In this document: one piece after another, positions 55,285-64,000 of the stretch
Numbering within the stretch: the stretch's first letter is position 1
Layout of the letters: every line of letters starts with the position of its first letter
Assembly: GCA_965223855.1 (NCBI GenBank)
Contig: CBDCXM010000009.1
Location: forward strand, 928,001 to 992,000
Source: Candidatus Multivoradales bacterium
GTDB taxonomy: Bacteria > Acidobacteriota > Thermoanaerobaculia > Multivoradales > JAHEKO01
Length of the DNA: 64,000 nucleotides
Direction: 5' to 3'
The notes under the pieces: model-generated
Database searches by the model: none
What the model saw: the letters and a program-made list of their open reading frames with translations, nothing else
What the model was told of the DNA's origin: nothing
Position numbers and translations under genes: made by a program

Positions 55285-56679
55285 TCATGGCAGCGTGGTC
55301 GACCAGGCCGAGGTGTCGCCGCTTTCGAAGCCGTCTTCGAAGATCGTCGCCGACTCGACCGCCCCGAGCTCGACCGAACCGATGTCGCAGCCGTCGTCGC
55401 CATTGGGCGGCGGGCCGTCGACCGGGCGGTGCCCCGTCGGGCCGTCGAAGTAGCCGCGTTGGTCGCGGAAGACGCCAGGGCAGCTGCCGCCGTCGATCGT
55501 GACAGCCGAGGTCGCCGGATCGGGGAGGTGGGTCGGGGTCGGCCCGCCGTTGTCCGCCAGGTCCATGAGGCCCGCCGCCAGGGGAGTCGCGGCGCTGCCG
55601 ACGTAGTCGCCGTTGACGTTGGGGAGACCGCTCGGAAAGTAGAACGATGCGCCGGTGTTGTCACCGATCAGATTGAACCCGAGCGTCGTTGCCGGAGAGA
55701 CGCTATCGACGAACAGGTCGTCCGCCGCAATGCCGCTGACGTCACGATTGCCGGCGACGATCGAGTTGAAGAGCAGCAGCGTACTGGCGGCCGTCGAGCT
55801 CACGTAGATTCCGCCGCCGTCCTCCGAGCCAAGTTCGAAGGCACCTTCCCGCGGGCGCTCCTGGAACTCCCCTGCCTCGTTGTCTGTGACCGTCGAGTGG
55901 TAGAGCTCGAGGTCGCCGATCGACACCCAGATTCCGCCGCCGACTCCCCCGGCCACGTTGCCGCTCACCGTGGAGTGATCGAGGATCGCCGTACCGGGGC
56001 TGGCGACGATCATCCCACCGCCGTCGCCGTCGGTGGTGTTGTTGGCGATCGTGCTGTCGTAGGCGAGCAGCGTCCCCTGGACGACGATCGCGCTGCCGCT
56101 GCCGGCAGTGACGTCGTTGAAGGCGACGATCGAGCGCCGCAGTTCGATCGTCGAGCTGATGCCGACCCGGATCGCGCCGTTGGGAATGGTGTCGAGGTCG
56201 TTGTCGACGATCCGGCAGTCGCGGATCACTACTGTGGTGCCGGTGGTGATCGTGAAAACCGCGGCACCGACGCCGTTGGCACCGGTCATCGTCAGGTCGG
56301 AGATCGAGTGCGAAGTGTCGGCAGCCTGGAAAAGGAAGATCCGGTTGCCGTCGCCATCCACCGCGAGGTCGAACGCCCCGGGGCCGACGATGTCGACCGA
56401 GTCCGTGATCAGTGGCAGGTCGGAACCGAGCTCGATCACGCCGGTCAGGCCGGTCAGGTCGATGGTGTCGGCTCCGTCGCCGGCCGGGCAGCCGCCTCCT
56501 GCCGCGTCCGAGTTCGCAGCGACGATCGCCTCTCGGAGGGTGCAGCCGCCGGACACGGCGTTGGCATCGTCGAGGGTATCGACGACGATGGTGGCGGCCT
56601 TGGCGGCCGTGCCGCAAACGAGGACCGACAGGGTGGACAACAGGATGATGGGCAATCCAGGGGCAGATCGGGTGTTCAT
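55285..56679 (-). CDS. CSLREA / choice-of-anchor-Q secreted beta-helix protein with IFEDGFE tail
   Basis: CTLREAI, GGG repeats, LADNGGPTPTH, DQRG, CDIGSVE; ends IFEDGFESGDTSAWSTTLP. Confidence 0.88.
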   Translation of the reverse strand: MNTRSAPGLPIILLSTLSVLVCGTAAKAATIVVDTLDDANAVSGGCTLREAIVAANSDAAGGGCPAGDGADTIDLTGLTGVIELGSDLPLITDSVDIVGPGAFDLAVDGDGNRIFLFQAADTSHSISDLTMTGANGVGAAVFTITTGTTVVIRDCRIVDNDLDTIPNGAIRVGISSTIELRRSIVAFNDVTAGSGSAIVVQGTLLAYDSTIANNTTDGDGGGMIVASPGTAILDHSTVSGNVAGGVGGGIWVSIGDLELYHSTVTDNEAGEFQERPREGAFELGSEDGGGIYVSSTAASTLLLFNSIVAGNRDVSGIAADDLFVDSVSPATTLGFNLIGDNTGASFYFPSGLPNVNGDYVGSAATPLAAGLMDLADNGGPTPTHLPDPATSAVTIDGGSCPGVFRDQRGYFDGPTGHRPVDGPPPNGDDGCDIGSVELGAVESATIFEDGFESGDTSAWSTTLP

Positions 56680-56861
56680 GGCTCCTCCTCGCTACCTCTG
56701 GCGACGAACGGAACTCATCCTGGACACCTCGGCAGAGCCCTCGTGCGCCGCTGCGCGCAAGGGCAGGAGCAGGGCCGGAAGGCCTGGTAGGGGCTTTGAC
56801 AGGGGCTGCTATAGTTCCATGCAATCTTTACCAATATTCTTTCTCGGGAAGGCGCGAGATT

Positions 56862-59800
56862 CTGAGAGTTCGAAGGGCGCTGACGCCCGGGTTGTTGCTG
56901 TCTTTGTGTTGGCTGTCGAGCGCCGCCGGTGCTCGGGCACAGAGCGAGATGCGACCGAGTGCGAGCGAGCCTCCTCGCGCTCGAGCCATCCCGGCCCTGC
57001 CGGCGCTGAGCGCCGAGTCCGCAGCGGCCGAGAGTCACGAGCAGTGGCTGGCGACGCTCGCGGCGCGAGACACTCCTGACAGCCGGGCTCGGTCACTGGT
57101 CGCACTGGCACGCCTCGAGGTCGAGACCGAGGCGCACTTCGAGGCTGTCAGCGAGCGACTGTCCTCCGCGCCCGCGCCGGCTGTAGCGGCGGCGCGACTG
57201 GAGGAGGCGGCCGCGCGCTTCCGAGAGTCGGTCCGCACGATCAGGGTCGTCATGGAGCATGAGGCCCCCGGAGGGCGGACGCTACGCGATCTGCTCGCAG
57301 CCTCCGTCGAGGGGCGACGCGGGCGCGCCGCGCGCCCCGTCCGCGGCTCGCTTCCCCACCGCTCCCTCTCCCTGGCGCCGAGGCCGCTCCCCTCCCTGTC
57401 GCCGATCGTCCCCAGCTACGCCGACCCGCTCGCTGCCGCCGCGACCAGCGACGACCTGATCGACTCGCCGGAGGCGCCGCGGAGCCCGGCGATCCTGGCG
57501 CAGGCGGCATCGCTCGGGTTCGACTACGCGCGGATCTACGACTTCGTCCGTAACGACATCCGCACCGAGTGGTATCAGGGCTCGCAGAAGGGGGCGGAGG
57601 GGGCACTCGCTTCCGGGGCGGCGAACGATGTCGACAAGGCGAGCCTGCTGATCACCCTCTTCCGCTCCAGCCAGCTGCCGGCGCGCTACGTGCGCGGGGT
57701 GCTGCGGCTCGACGTGGAGCCGCTCGCCGCCGCCTTCGGCCTCGCGGACGACCAGCAGGTTCCCATCGCACTGGCACGCGCCGGTGTGCCGCACGAGGTG
57801 GTCATCGCCGGCTCGCGGATCGCCGCGGTCGACGTCCTTCACACCTGGGTTGCCGCCTACGCCCCCTACGCCAACTATCGCGGCGTGGTGATCGACACCT
57901 CCGGCAAGACCTGGGTGCCGCTGGCGCCTGCGGTGCAGGGGGTCGATCGCTCACCGCCCACCCGGGTGCTCGAGGCGATGGGCTTCGACAGTGCCGGTTT
58001 CGTCACCGACTACCTGGCGACCGAGCAGCCCGACCGGCCGCTCGAGCAGATCCGGCGGGAGGTCGAAGCCTTCCTGGGAGACGACTCGTACGCTGAGCAG
58101 CTCGGCGCTCGCTCGGTGGCGGTGAGGAGGCTCGAGCTCCTGCCGAGCGGGCTGCCGACGCCGCTCGCGACCCCGTTCTACGAAGGGGCGAGCTTGCCGG
58201 CCGAAGAGGAGACGCGGTTGCGGATCGTCGCGTCGGTCGGTGCGACGGGTTCGGAGCCGAGTCTCGAATCGTCGCTGCCGCTCGCCTCGGTCACCGGAAG
58301 GCGGTTGACCCTTTCGTACACTCCCGCCAGCGCGGACGACGATGCGATCGTCAACCTCTTCGGCGGGCTCGATCTGGTGCCGCCCTACCTCGTCGAGCTC
58401 CTGCCGCAGGTGAAGGTCGACGGTCGCCTCGTCGCGCTGGGGACGATCGGGGTGCCGATGGCGGTCCATCACCTCGTCCGCCTCGAGGTCGAGGCGGCGG
58501 GGACCATGGTGTCGCACGAGTTCCTCACCCCCGCGGTCGCCTACAGCGCGATCGCCCTCCACGCTCCCGGCGACCGCGCTCAGGCGGACGCGGGCGACGA
58601 CCCGGCCGATACCGAGTTCCTGGCCGCGCGCCTGCTCAGTCGGGTGGCATACCGCTACAGCGAGTCGTGGTCGGCGGCGGAAGACGAGCTGGCGGGGCTG
58701 CTGGACGTCGCCGTCGCGCGCCCGCTTCCCGCTGTGGCGCTGGCCCACAACCGCATCGGTATCGAGCAGGTGTTCGACGTGCCCCTGCGCATCCATTGGG
58801 AGGGGGTCGATCTCGACGCCGCGCTGCGGATCGCCGAGCCGCTGCCGAACGGTGCGCCGGACGATACGAGGAGCTGGTTCCGCCTGTCGGCGCTCGAAGG
58901 GTCGAGCCTCGAGCGGCGCGTGCTCGAGACCGAGTTCCAGGTCGAGGCGGTCTCGGCCGACCGCGGCCTCGGGCTGGCGCGTGACATCGGCACCACGGTC
59001 GAGCGGCTCGACCCCGGCAACGTCGATGCCGTCCTCGATGCCCTCGACCTGCCCGCCAACGTCGAGACGAGGATCCGGCAGCAGGTGCTCGGCGGTTTCG
59101 AGGTCGAGCTACCGGACGCGCCGGTGGGAGCGGAGGCGTGGTCGGGCACCGTCTGGCGTGCGGTCGACTCAGTCAGTGGTTCCGCCGGCTACTTTCTCGC
59201 CGGCGGGCTCGCGGGGGGCGCGACCACCACCGCACCCCCCAACTGGGTGCTCGAGTTCCTCGCCCAGGCGCTCGCGGCTCCCTACTCCCTGCCCCCGAAC
59301 ACCGATCCGCTGGGAGCGGCCGAGCTGCGCAAGCTGCCCGAGGGGGACGATCAGTACGGCACCGTCGGCGACCTCTTCGTTCACCGCCTGGAGGTGCAGG
59401 TGCGCGACCTGATCGGCAGGCCGGTCGAGGGAGCGGAAGTGACGTTCCTCTCCGAGCGCGGCGGCGGCCTGCTGGTCGATGAGGACGACGTCGAGCTGCC
59501 GCTGGCGATCGTGACGACCGACCGGCGCGGCGTCGCCGGCGTCCGGCTAAGGGCTGGCACCGACGTCTCCGACAATCCGACCTACCTTCACCTGGATCCC
59601 GACGATCCGTTCCCCGCGCAGGCGCTGGCACACGAGGTCGGCGCCTTCGTCGACGGCTTGCTGGGCATCGTCTCGCTCGACCTGCCGTTCCGCGCCATCG
59701 CCTTTCCCACCGAGGCGGTCGGTCTCGAACGCGTCGACACCGACCAGACGCATTTCACCGGAAGGGTGGGGTTCCTGTCGGACATCATCCCCATCCGGGC

Positions 59801-62800
59801 CGTCGACGAGTTCGGCAACGCGGTGTCGAACGTGCCGCTTCGATTCGAGGTGGCTGAATCTTCCGGTCCCGATCCCGACTGCACCAATCCGAGTCCGCAC
59901 GTTCTCAACGCCGTGCTGGTGCTGCCGGGAGACTTCAGCAGCTGCCACAACGGCCTGCCGGCGATCGGCTACTGCGGCGAGCCGGAGCTCGAGCGCATGA
60001 CCTCGTCCTTCCCTGCGAGCGCCGGCGTAGTGCTCGGCAGTAGCGCCTCGTCGCTCTACACGGTACTGGTGTCGGCGATCGATGCGCCCGAGCTCGGCTC
60101 GCTCGCGTTCACCTACGCCGGGCTCTACGAGATCTCGAGCACCAACGGCACCTGCTCTCCGGGCACGCCGATCCTCGAGGCCTTCGATCGACACCTGCTC
60201 TACAGCCCGGTGCGGATCGACGGCATGGGCAACAACATTCAGGCGGCGCCGGTCGGCGCGAACTATCCCGAGCCCCTAGTGGTCCACTTCGCCGCCTGGG
60301 ACCCGGACGACCCCGAGGACGACGGCGACCCGCCGCTGGAAGCGGGAAGCTGGACCCCGGCGACCGGCAACGTCTACCTGAGCACCGCCCCGGGAACCGC
60401 CGCCTCGACGACTCCGACGGTCGAGATCGCGCCGGGAGTGTTCAGCACCGTCCTCACCACCGACGTCGTTGCCGCCTACAACCCGGTGCACTTCGAGGCC
60501 ACCGAGATCACGTCGGTCGAGAGCCTCGAGTGCCCCCCCTGCTCGCTCGATTGTCCGGGTGTGCCGGGCCACGACTGCCTCGAAGACTGCATCGAGATTC
60601 CAACCAACGACGCTTGCATCAACTGTCCGCTCTGCACCCTCGACTGCCCCGGTCCCGACTGCGACGCCGACTGCCCGGTGGATGGCCCGATCCCGGCGTC
60701 CGAATGCGTCGAAGAGAGCGGCCGCGGTGCGGCGCAGACGATCGACTGGGGGTTCTTCGGCATTCCGCGGCTGATCGATCCGGACGTCAACGGGGTGTGG
60801 GGGGTCGATCCGCAGCTCACCGGTTTCGCGCCCGATCCGATTCCGCTCGACGGAAGCGGCAGCGTCGAGATCGAGAGCCGCATCGGCTATTCCACCGAGC
60901 CGCTCGACTACGTCGCCGCGACCGCCGATGTCGAGCTCTTCGCCGACGGCGACTGGGTGAGCTCGGGCGGCGGATCGTCGCTCTCCGGTAGCGGCGAAGC
61001 GAGGATCCAACGCGGCTTCCCGATCGATCTGGACGCCACGAACGAGGCACGGCTGGTGCTCAACCGGGGCTCGCCGGCCGAAGTCCGCTCGCCTCTCGTC
61101 GAGCTGCCGCTGACCCAGGGGATCTTCGAGCCGGGTGACGACAACGACGACAACGATCTCGTCGGGCGTCGTCAGCTCTACGTCTCGCAGGATGTCGATC
61201 TGACGAGCCGGCGGGTCTGTTCGCAGCCCGACCTCTTCTACTTCACCCTGACGCAGGAGGCGTCGGTGACCCTCACGTTCGAGAAGCTCTCGGGCGTCGA
61301 CACCGACGGCACCCCGCAGTACGACCCTCCTGAGGAGTTCCTGCTCAACGAGATCCTGCCGGAGGGCGAACACAGCTACAGCGTCACGGCCGGCGCCGGT
61401 GCCGGCGACCTGACGCTCGGGCCGGGCGACTATCGCTTCACCCTGGTAGCCGAGGGCACGGCTACCGGCCTGGTCGAGTCGTTCGAGGGCACGGCTCGCT
61501 CGGAGCTACGGGCGTCTGACTCGCTGCCCCTCGGGCATGTGCTGGTCGAGGGGGTCGATCTGTTTGACGGCCATCTCACCCTGCAGCGTGAAGATCTCGA
61601 GATCCCGGGGAGGGGCTCGCATCTGGCTTTCCGGCGGACCTACTCCTCGAGCGCGGATCGCGACCCGGGCCCTCTGGGCGTCGGCTGGACCCACAACTAC
61701 GCGTCGTTCGTCACGATCACTCCCTGCGGCGAGGTGATCGTCGTCGGCGGCGAGGGTTCCGGCATGCGCTTCGTCGACGACGGTGCCGGCGGCCTCACGG
61801 CGCTGGCCGGCTACCACGGAGGCCTGGTTGCCAGTTCGGACGACAACTCGTTCGACTTCTTCAGCCTGAACGGCACACGGTTTCACTACGAACCCGACCC
61901 GCGTTCTCCCGGCCGCTGGCCGCTGCGCTCGATCGAGGACACCAACGGCAACCTGACGCAGCTCTTCTACGACCCGAACACTGCCGAGCCGCTGGTGGCC
62001 GCGGTGGTCGACCCCGCCGGGCGGCGCCTCGAGTTCGGCTACGAGAACCGGGTGTTCGAGATCGTCGGCGAGGTCGAGCTCCGCAGCAAGCGGGTGCTGA
62101 CCTCGATCGACGGCCCCGCCGGCCTCGAGATGCGCTTCGAGTACGACGACTTCGGCCATCTGGTGCGCGCCGCCCGCGAGGGGGACGCGCGGGTCGAGTT
62201 CTACGGCTACGACTGGGTGATCGATCCGCTCCTGGCGCCGCAGCGGGCGCTCGTCTCCACCACCAACGCGCTGACCGGCGCGACCACCGTCTATCAGGGA
62301 GCCGGAGGCCTGACCGGGATCGACGCCGACATCAAGCTCGCCCGCCTGCGCACCACCTCGGTGACGCGTCCCGAAGGTGGCGTGACCCGCTTCGTCTACG
62401 ACGACGCCGGCCTCCTCGATCGCACCTCGCTCGAGCTCTCGCAGCAGGTGATCGACCCACGCGGCTTCGCGACCACCTATCGGCTCAACCAGTACGGCGC
62501 GCCGCTCGCGATCACCGATCCGCTCGGCCACACCACCGCCATGACCTGGGATCTCGACGACGTGGTGATGACGAGCCGTACCGACGCCAACGGCCACACC
62601 ACCAGCTACACCCACGACGAGCACGGCAACGTGCTGACCGAGGAGATCGAGGTCACCGACGCCGACGACGCGGTCCACCTCTACCGGCGCACGAACACCT
62701 ACCACCCGCCGGCCGACTTCGATCCTCCGTTCGTCAAGGAGCGTCTCGCCTCGCGCACCGACCGCGACGGCGACGTGACCACCTTCGAGTACGACACCGC

Positions 62801-64000
62801 CGGCAACCTCACCAGGAGCGCCACCGTCGTCGGCACGGCGACGATCGAGACCCGCCACGGTTACCTAGCCAACGGCGATCGCGCCAGCACCACCGATCCG
62901 CGGGGGGCGATCACCCAGTTCGGCTACGACGCCTACGGCAACCTCGCCTCGGTGCTCGACCCGCTCGGTCACGAGACGACCACCGAATGGGACGAGCGCA
63001 GCCGTGCGGTGCGCGTGGTCGATGCGCTCGAGCGCGAGACGCTCCTCGCCTACGACACCCTCGACCGGGTGACGACCCGCAGCCGGCCGCTCGGGGCGAT
63101 CGAGACGACGGCCTACGACGACGTCGCCAGTACCGTCACCACCACGGATGCCGAGGGGCGGGTCACCGTCGAGCGCCGCGATCTCGAAGGCCGGACGGTC
63201 GAGACCACCAACCCCGAGGGCGGCACGAAGCTGGTCGACTACGACCCGGCCGGCAACAAGGTGCTCGAGACGCTGTGGTTCGACGCCGCGACGCCGCGCC
63301 ACGACGTCACCTTCGAGTACGACGACGCCGGGCGCCTGCTGCGTCGCCACGAGCCGCTCGGACGTACTACCGAGTTCGGCCACGACGCAGTCGGCAACGT
63401 CACCTCGGAAGTTCTCTCCGACGCCACCGACGCCGGCTTCGCTGTCCGGCGGATGGAGACCGAATACGACGCCCTCGACCGGGCGATCCGGAAGCGCGAG
63501 TTCCTCGACGCCCGTCCGCTCGAAAGCCGCATGCTGCTCGACGGCGAGGGCAACCTGCTGCGCGAGACCGATCCGCTCGGCCGTGTCACCGACCACGCCT
63601 ACGATGAGCTCGACCGCCGCGTCGAGACGCTCGAGCCGCAGTGGCGGCCCGCCGAGCGCAAGCGCACCACCTTCGAGTACGACGCCAACGGCAACCTGGT
63701 GCGCGAGGTGCGCGCCAACGACCCGGCCGATCAGGAGCGCACCTTCACCTGGGACCCCCTCAACCGCGCTCTCACCACCACTGATGCGACCGGCGGCACC
63801 ACCAGCTTCGAATACGACGCGGTCGGCAATCGCATCCGCGAGACCGACCCCAACGGCAACGTCACCGCCCACGCCTACGACGAGCTCGACCGACTCGTCG
63901 CCACCCTCCAGCACCTCACCCGGGTCAGCGTGCCGCCGCGGGTCGTCACGACCACCTACGGCTACGACCGGGTCGGCAACCGGGTGAGCGAGGAGTGGCC
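56862..64000 (+). CDS. Giant Rhs/YD-repeat protein with N-terminal transglutaminase-like domain (partial; start uncertain; absent from ORF track)
   Basis: Frame with codons at positions 0 mod 3, read by hand at several points: signal peptide, IYDFVRNDI..YQGSQKGA..ANDVDKASLLI..PARYV, DUF6531-like GVDLFDG..FRRTYSS..LGVGWTHNY, many YD..GN repeats; no stop seen before the window end. Confidence 0.85.
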   Translation, partial: MRVRRALTPGLLLSLCWLSSAAGARAQSEMRPSASEPPRARAIPALPALSAESAAAESHEQWLATLAARDTPDSRARSLVALARLEVETEAHFEAVSERLSSAPAPAVAAARLEEAAARFRESVRTIRVVMEHEAPGGRTLRDLLAASVEGRRGRAARPVRGSLPHRSLSLAPRPLPSLSPIVPSYADPLAAAATSDDLIDSPEAPRSPAILAQAASLGFDYARIYDFVRNDIRTEWYQGSQKGAEGALASGAANDVDKASLLITLFRSSQLPARYVRGVLRLDVEPLAAAFGLADDQQVPIALARAGVPHEVVIAGSRIAAVDVLHTWVAAYAPYANYRGVVIDTSGKTWVPLAPAVQGVDRSPPTRVLEAMGFDSAGFVTDYLATEQPDRPLEQIRREVEAFLGDDSYAEQLGARSVAVRRLELLPSGLPTPLATPFYEGASLPAEEETRLRIVASVGATGSEPSLESSLPLASVTGRRLTLSYTPASADDDAIVNLFGGLDLVPPYLVELLPQVKVDGRLVALGTIGVPMAVHHLVRLEVEAAGTMVSHEFLTPAVAYSAIALHAPGDRAQADAGDDPADTEFLAARLLSRVAYRYSESWSAAEDELAGLLDVAVARPLPAVALAHNRIGIEQVFDVPLRIHWEGVDLDAALRIAEPLPNGAPDDTRSWFRLSALEGSSLERRVLETEFQVEAVSADRGLGLARDIGTTVERLDPGNVDAVLDALDLPANVETRIRQQVLGGFEVELPDAPVGAEAWSGTVWRAVDSVSGSAGYFLAGGLAGGATTTAPPNWVLEFLAQALAAPYSLPPNTDPLGAAELRKLPEGDDQYGTVGDLFVHRLEVQVRDLIGRPVEGAEVTFLSERGGGLLVDEDDVELPLAIVTTDRRGVAGVRLRAGTDVSDNPTYLHLDPDDPFPAQALAHEVGAFVDGLLGIVSLDLPFRAIAFPTEAVGLERVDTDQTHFTGRVGFLSDIIPIRAVDEFGNAVSNVPLRFEVAESSGPDPDCTNPSPHVLNAVLVLPGDFSSCHNGLPAIGYCGEPELERMTSSFPASAGVVLGSSASSLYTVLVSAIDAPELGSLAFTYAGLYEISSTNGTCSPGTPILEAFDRHLLYSPVRIDGMGNNIQAAPVGANYPEPLVVHFAAWDPDDPEDDGDPPLEAGSWTPATGNVYLSTAPGTAASTTPTVEIAPGVFSTVLTTDVVAAYNPVHFEATEITSVESLECPPCSLDCPGVPGHDCLEDCIEIPTNDACINCPLCTLDCPGPDCDADCPVDGPIPASECVEESGRGAAQTIDWGFFGIPRLIDPDVNGVWGVDPQLTGFAPDPIPLDGSGSVEIESRIGYSTEPLDYVAATADVELFADGDWVSSGGGSSLSGSGEARIQRGFPIDLDATNEARLVLNRGSPAEVRSPLVELPLTQGIFEPGDDNDDNDLVGRRQLYVSQDVDLTSRRVCSQPDLFYFTLTQEASVTLTFEKLSGVDTDGTPQYDPPEEFLLNEILPEGEHSYSVTAGAGAGDLTLGPGDYRFTLVAEGTATGLVESFEGTARSELRASDSLPLGHVLVEGVDLFDGHLTLQREDLEIPGRGSHLAFRRTYSSSADRDPGPLGVGWTHNYASFVTITPCGEVIVVGGEGSGMRFVDDGAGGLTALAGYHGGLVASSDDNSFDFFSLNGTRFHYEPDPRSPGRWPLRSIEDTNGNLTQLFYDPNTAEPLVAAVVDPAGRRLEFGYENRVFEIVGEVELRSKRVLTSIDGPAGLEMRFEYDDFGHLVRAAREGDARVEFYGYDWVIDPLLAPQRALVSTTNALTGATTVYQGAGGLTGIDADIKLARLRTTSVTRPEGGVTRFVYDDAGLLDRTSLELSQQVIDPRGFATTYRLNQYGAPLAITDPLGHTTAMTWDLDDVVMTSRTDANGHTTSYTHDEHGNVLTEEIEVTDADDAVHLYRRTNTYHPPADFDPPFVKERLASRTDRDGDVTTFEYDTAGNLTRSATVVGTATIETRHGYLANGDRASTTDPRGAITQFGYDAYGNLASVLDPLGHETTTEWDERSRAVRVVDALERETLLAYDTLDRVTTRSRPLGAIETTAYDDVASTVTTTDAEGRVTVERRDLEGRTVETTNPEGGTKLVDYDPAGNKVLETLWFDAATPRHDVTFEYDDAGRLLRRHEPLGRTTEFGHDAVGNVTSEVLSDATDAGFAVRRMETEYDALDRAIRKREFLDARPLESRMLLDGEGNLLRETDPLGRVTDHAYDELDRRVETLEPQWRPAERKRTTFEYDANGNLVREVRANDPADQERTFTWDPLNRALTTTDATGGTTSFEYDAVGNRIRETDPNGNVTAHAYDELDRLVATLQHLTRVSVPPRVVTTTYGYDRVGNRVSEEW

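Noticed and set aside
57250-63987. Many short ORFs listed in the track across the right end
   Set aside because: All are alternative frames of the single unlisted Rhs frame
1-64000. CRISPR arrays, IS elements, integrases, rRNA/tRNA
   Set aside because: No repeat-spacer array, transposase or integrase motif, or structural RNA signature seen by eye; a computational scan could still find weak cases

Overview
GC-rich (~70% by eye) bacterial chromosome segment. The acidobacterial VWA protein, the C-terminal 'IFxDGFE.GDTSAWS' tails, the ECF/kinase pair and the DUF2911 proteins suggest Acidobacteriota, probably Thermoanaerobaculia-like (inference). About 53 plausible CDS are dominated by envelope and signalling functions: a sigma54-driven MacAB-like exporter, a PP2C phosphatase, a YtrA-GntR/SPFH operon, a Rieske-TPP enzyme, a spondin gene beside a two-component system, a tricorn protease, two Ser/Thr kinases, three ECF sigma factors, endonuclease IV, a sulfatase-like protein and a giant Rhs protein truncated at the window end. 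No rRNA, tRNA, CRISPR array or IS element was recognised. Main observations: (1) a sigma54-controlled, lower-GC operon of two roadblock-like proteins, an extended MglA-type GTPase and three receiver proteins (41956-46740); (2) an ECF regulon whose promoter motif TGAACC-N17-GACTCA can be read directly from the sequence, covering redox lipoproteins and a distant structured sRNA candidate at 34690-34800; (3) a candidate CRP/FNR-activated ~80-nt sRNA at 7702-7780; (4) a Sec-signal/pseudo-transglutaminase/Cys-rich/Rhs giant protein missing from the ORF track, plus an orphan toxin-immunity-like pair at 19921-20603. All family assignments come from motif recognition, not database searches.
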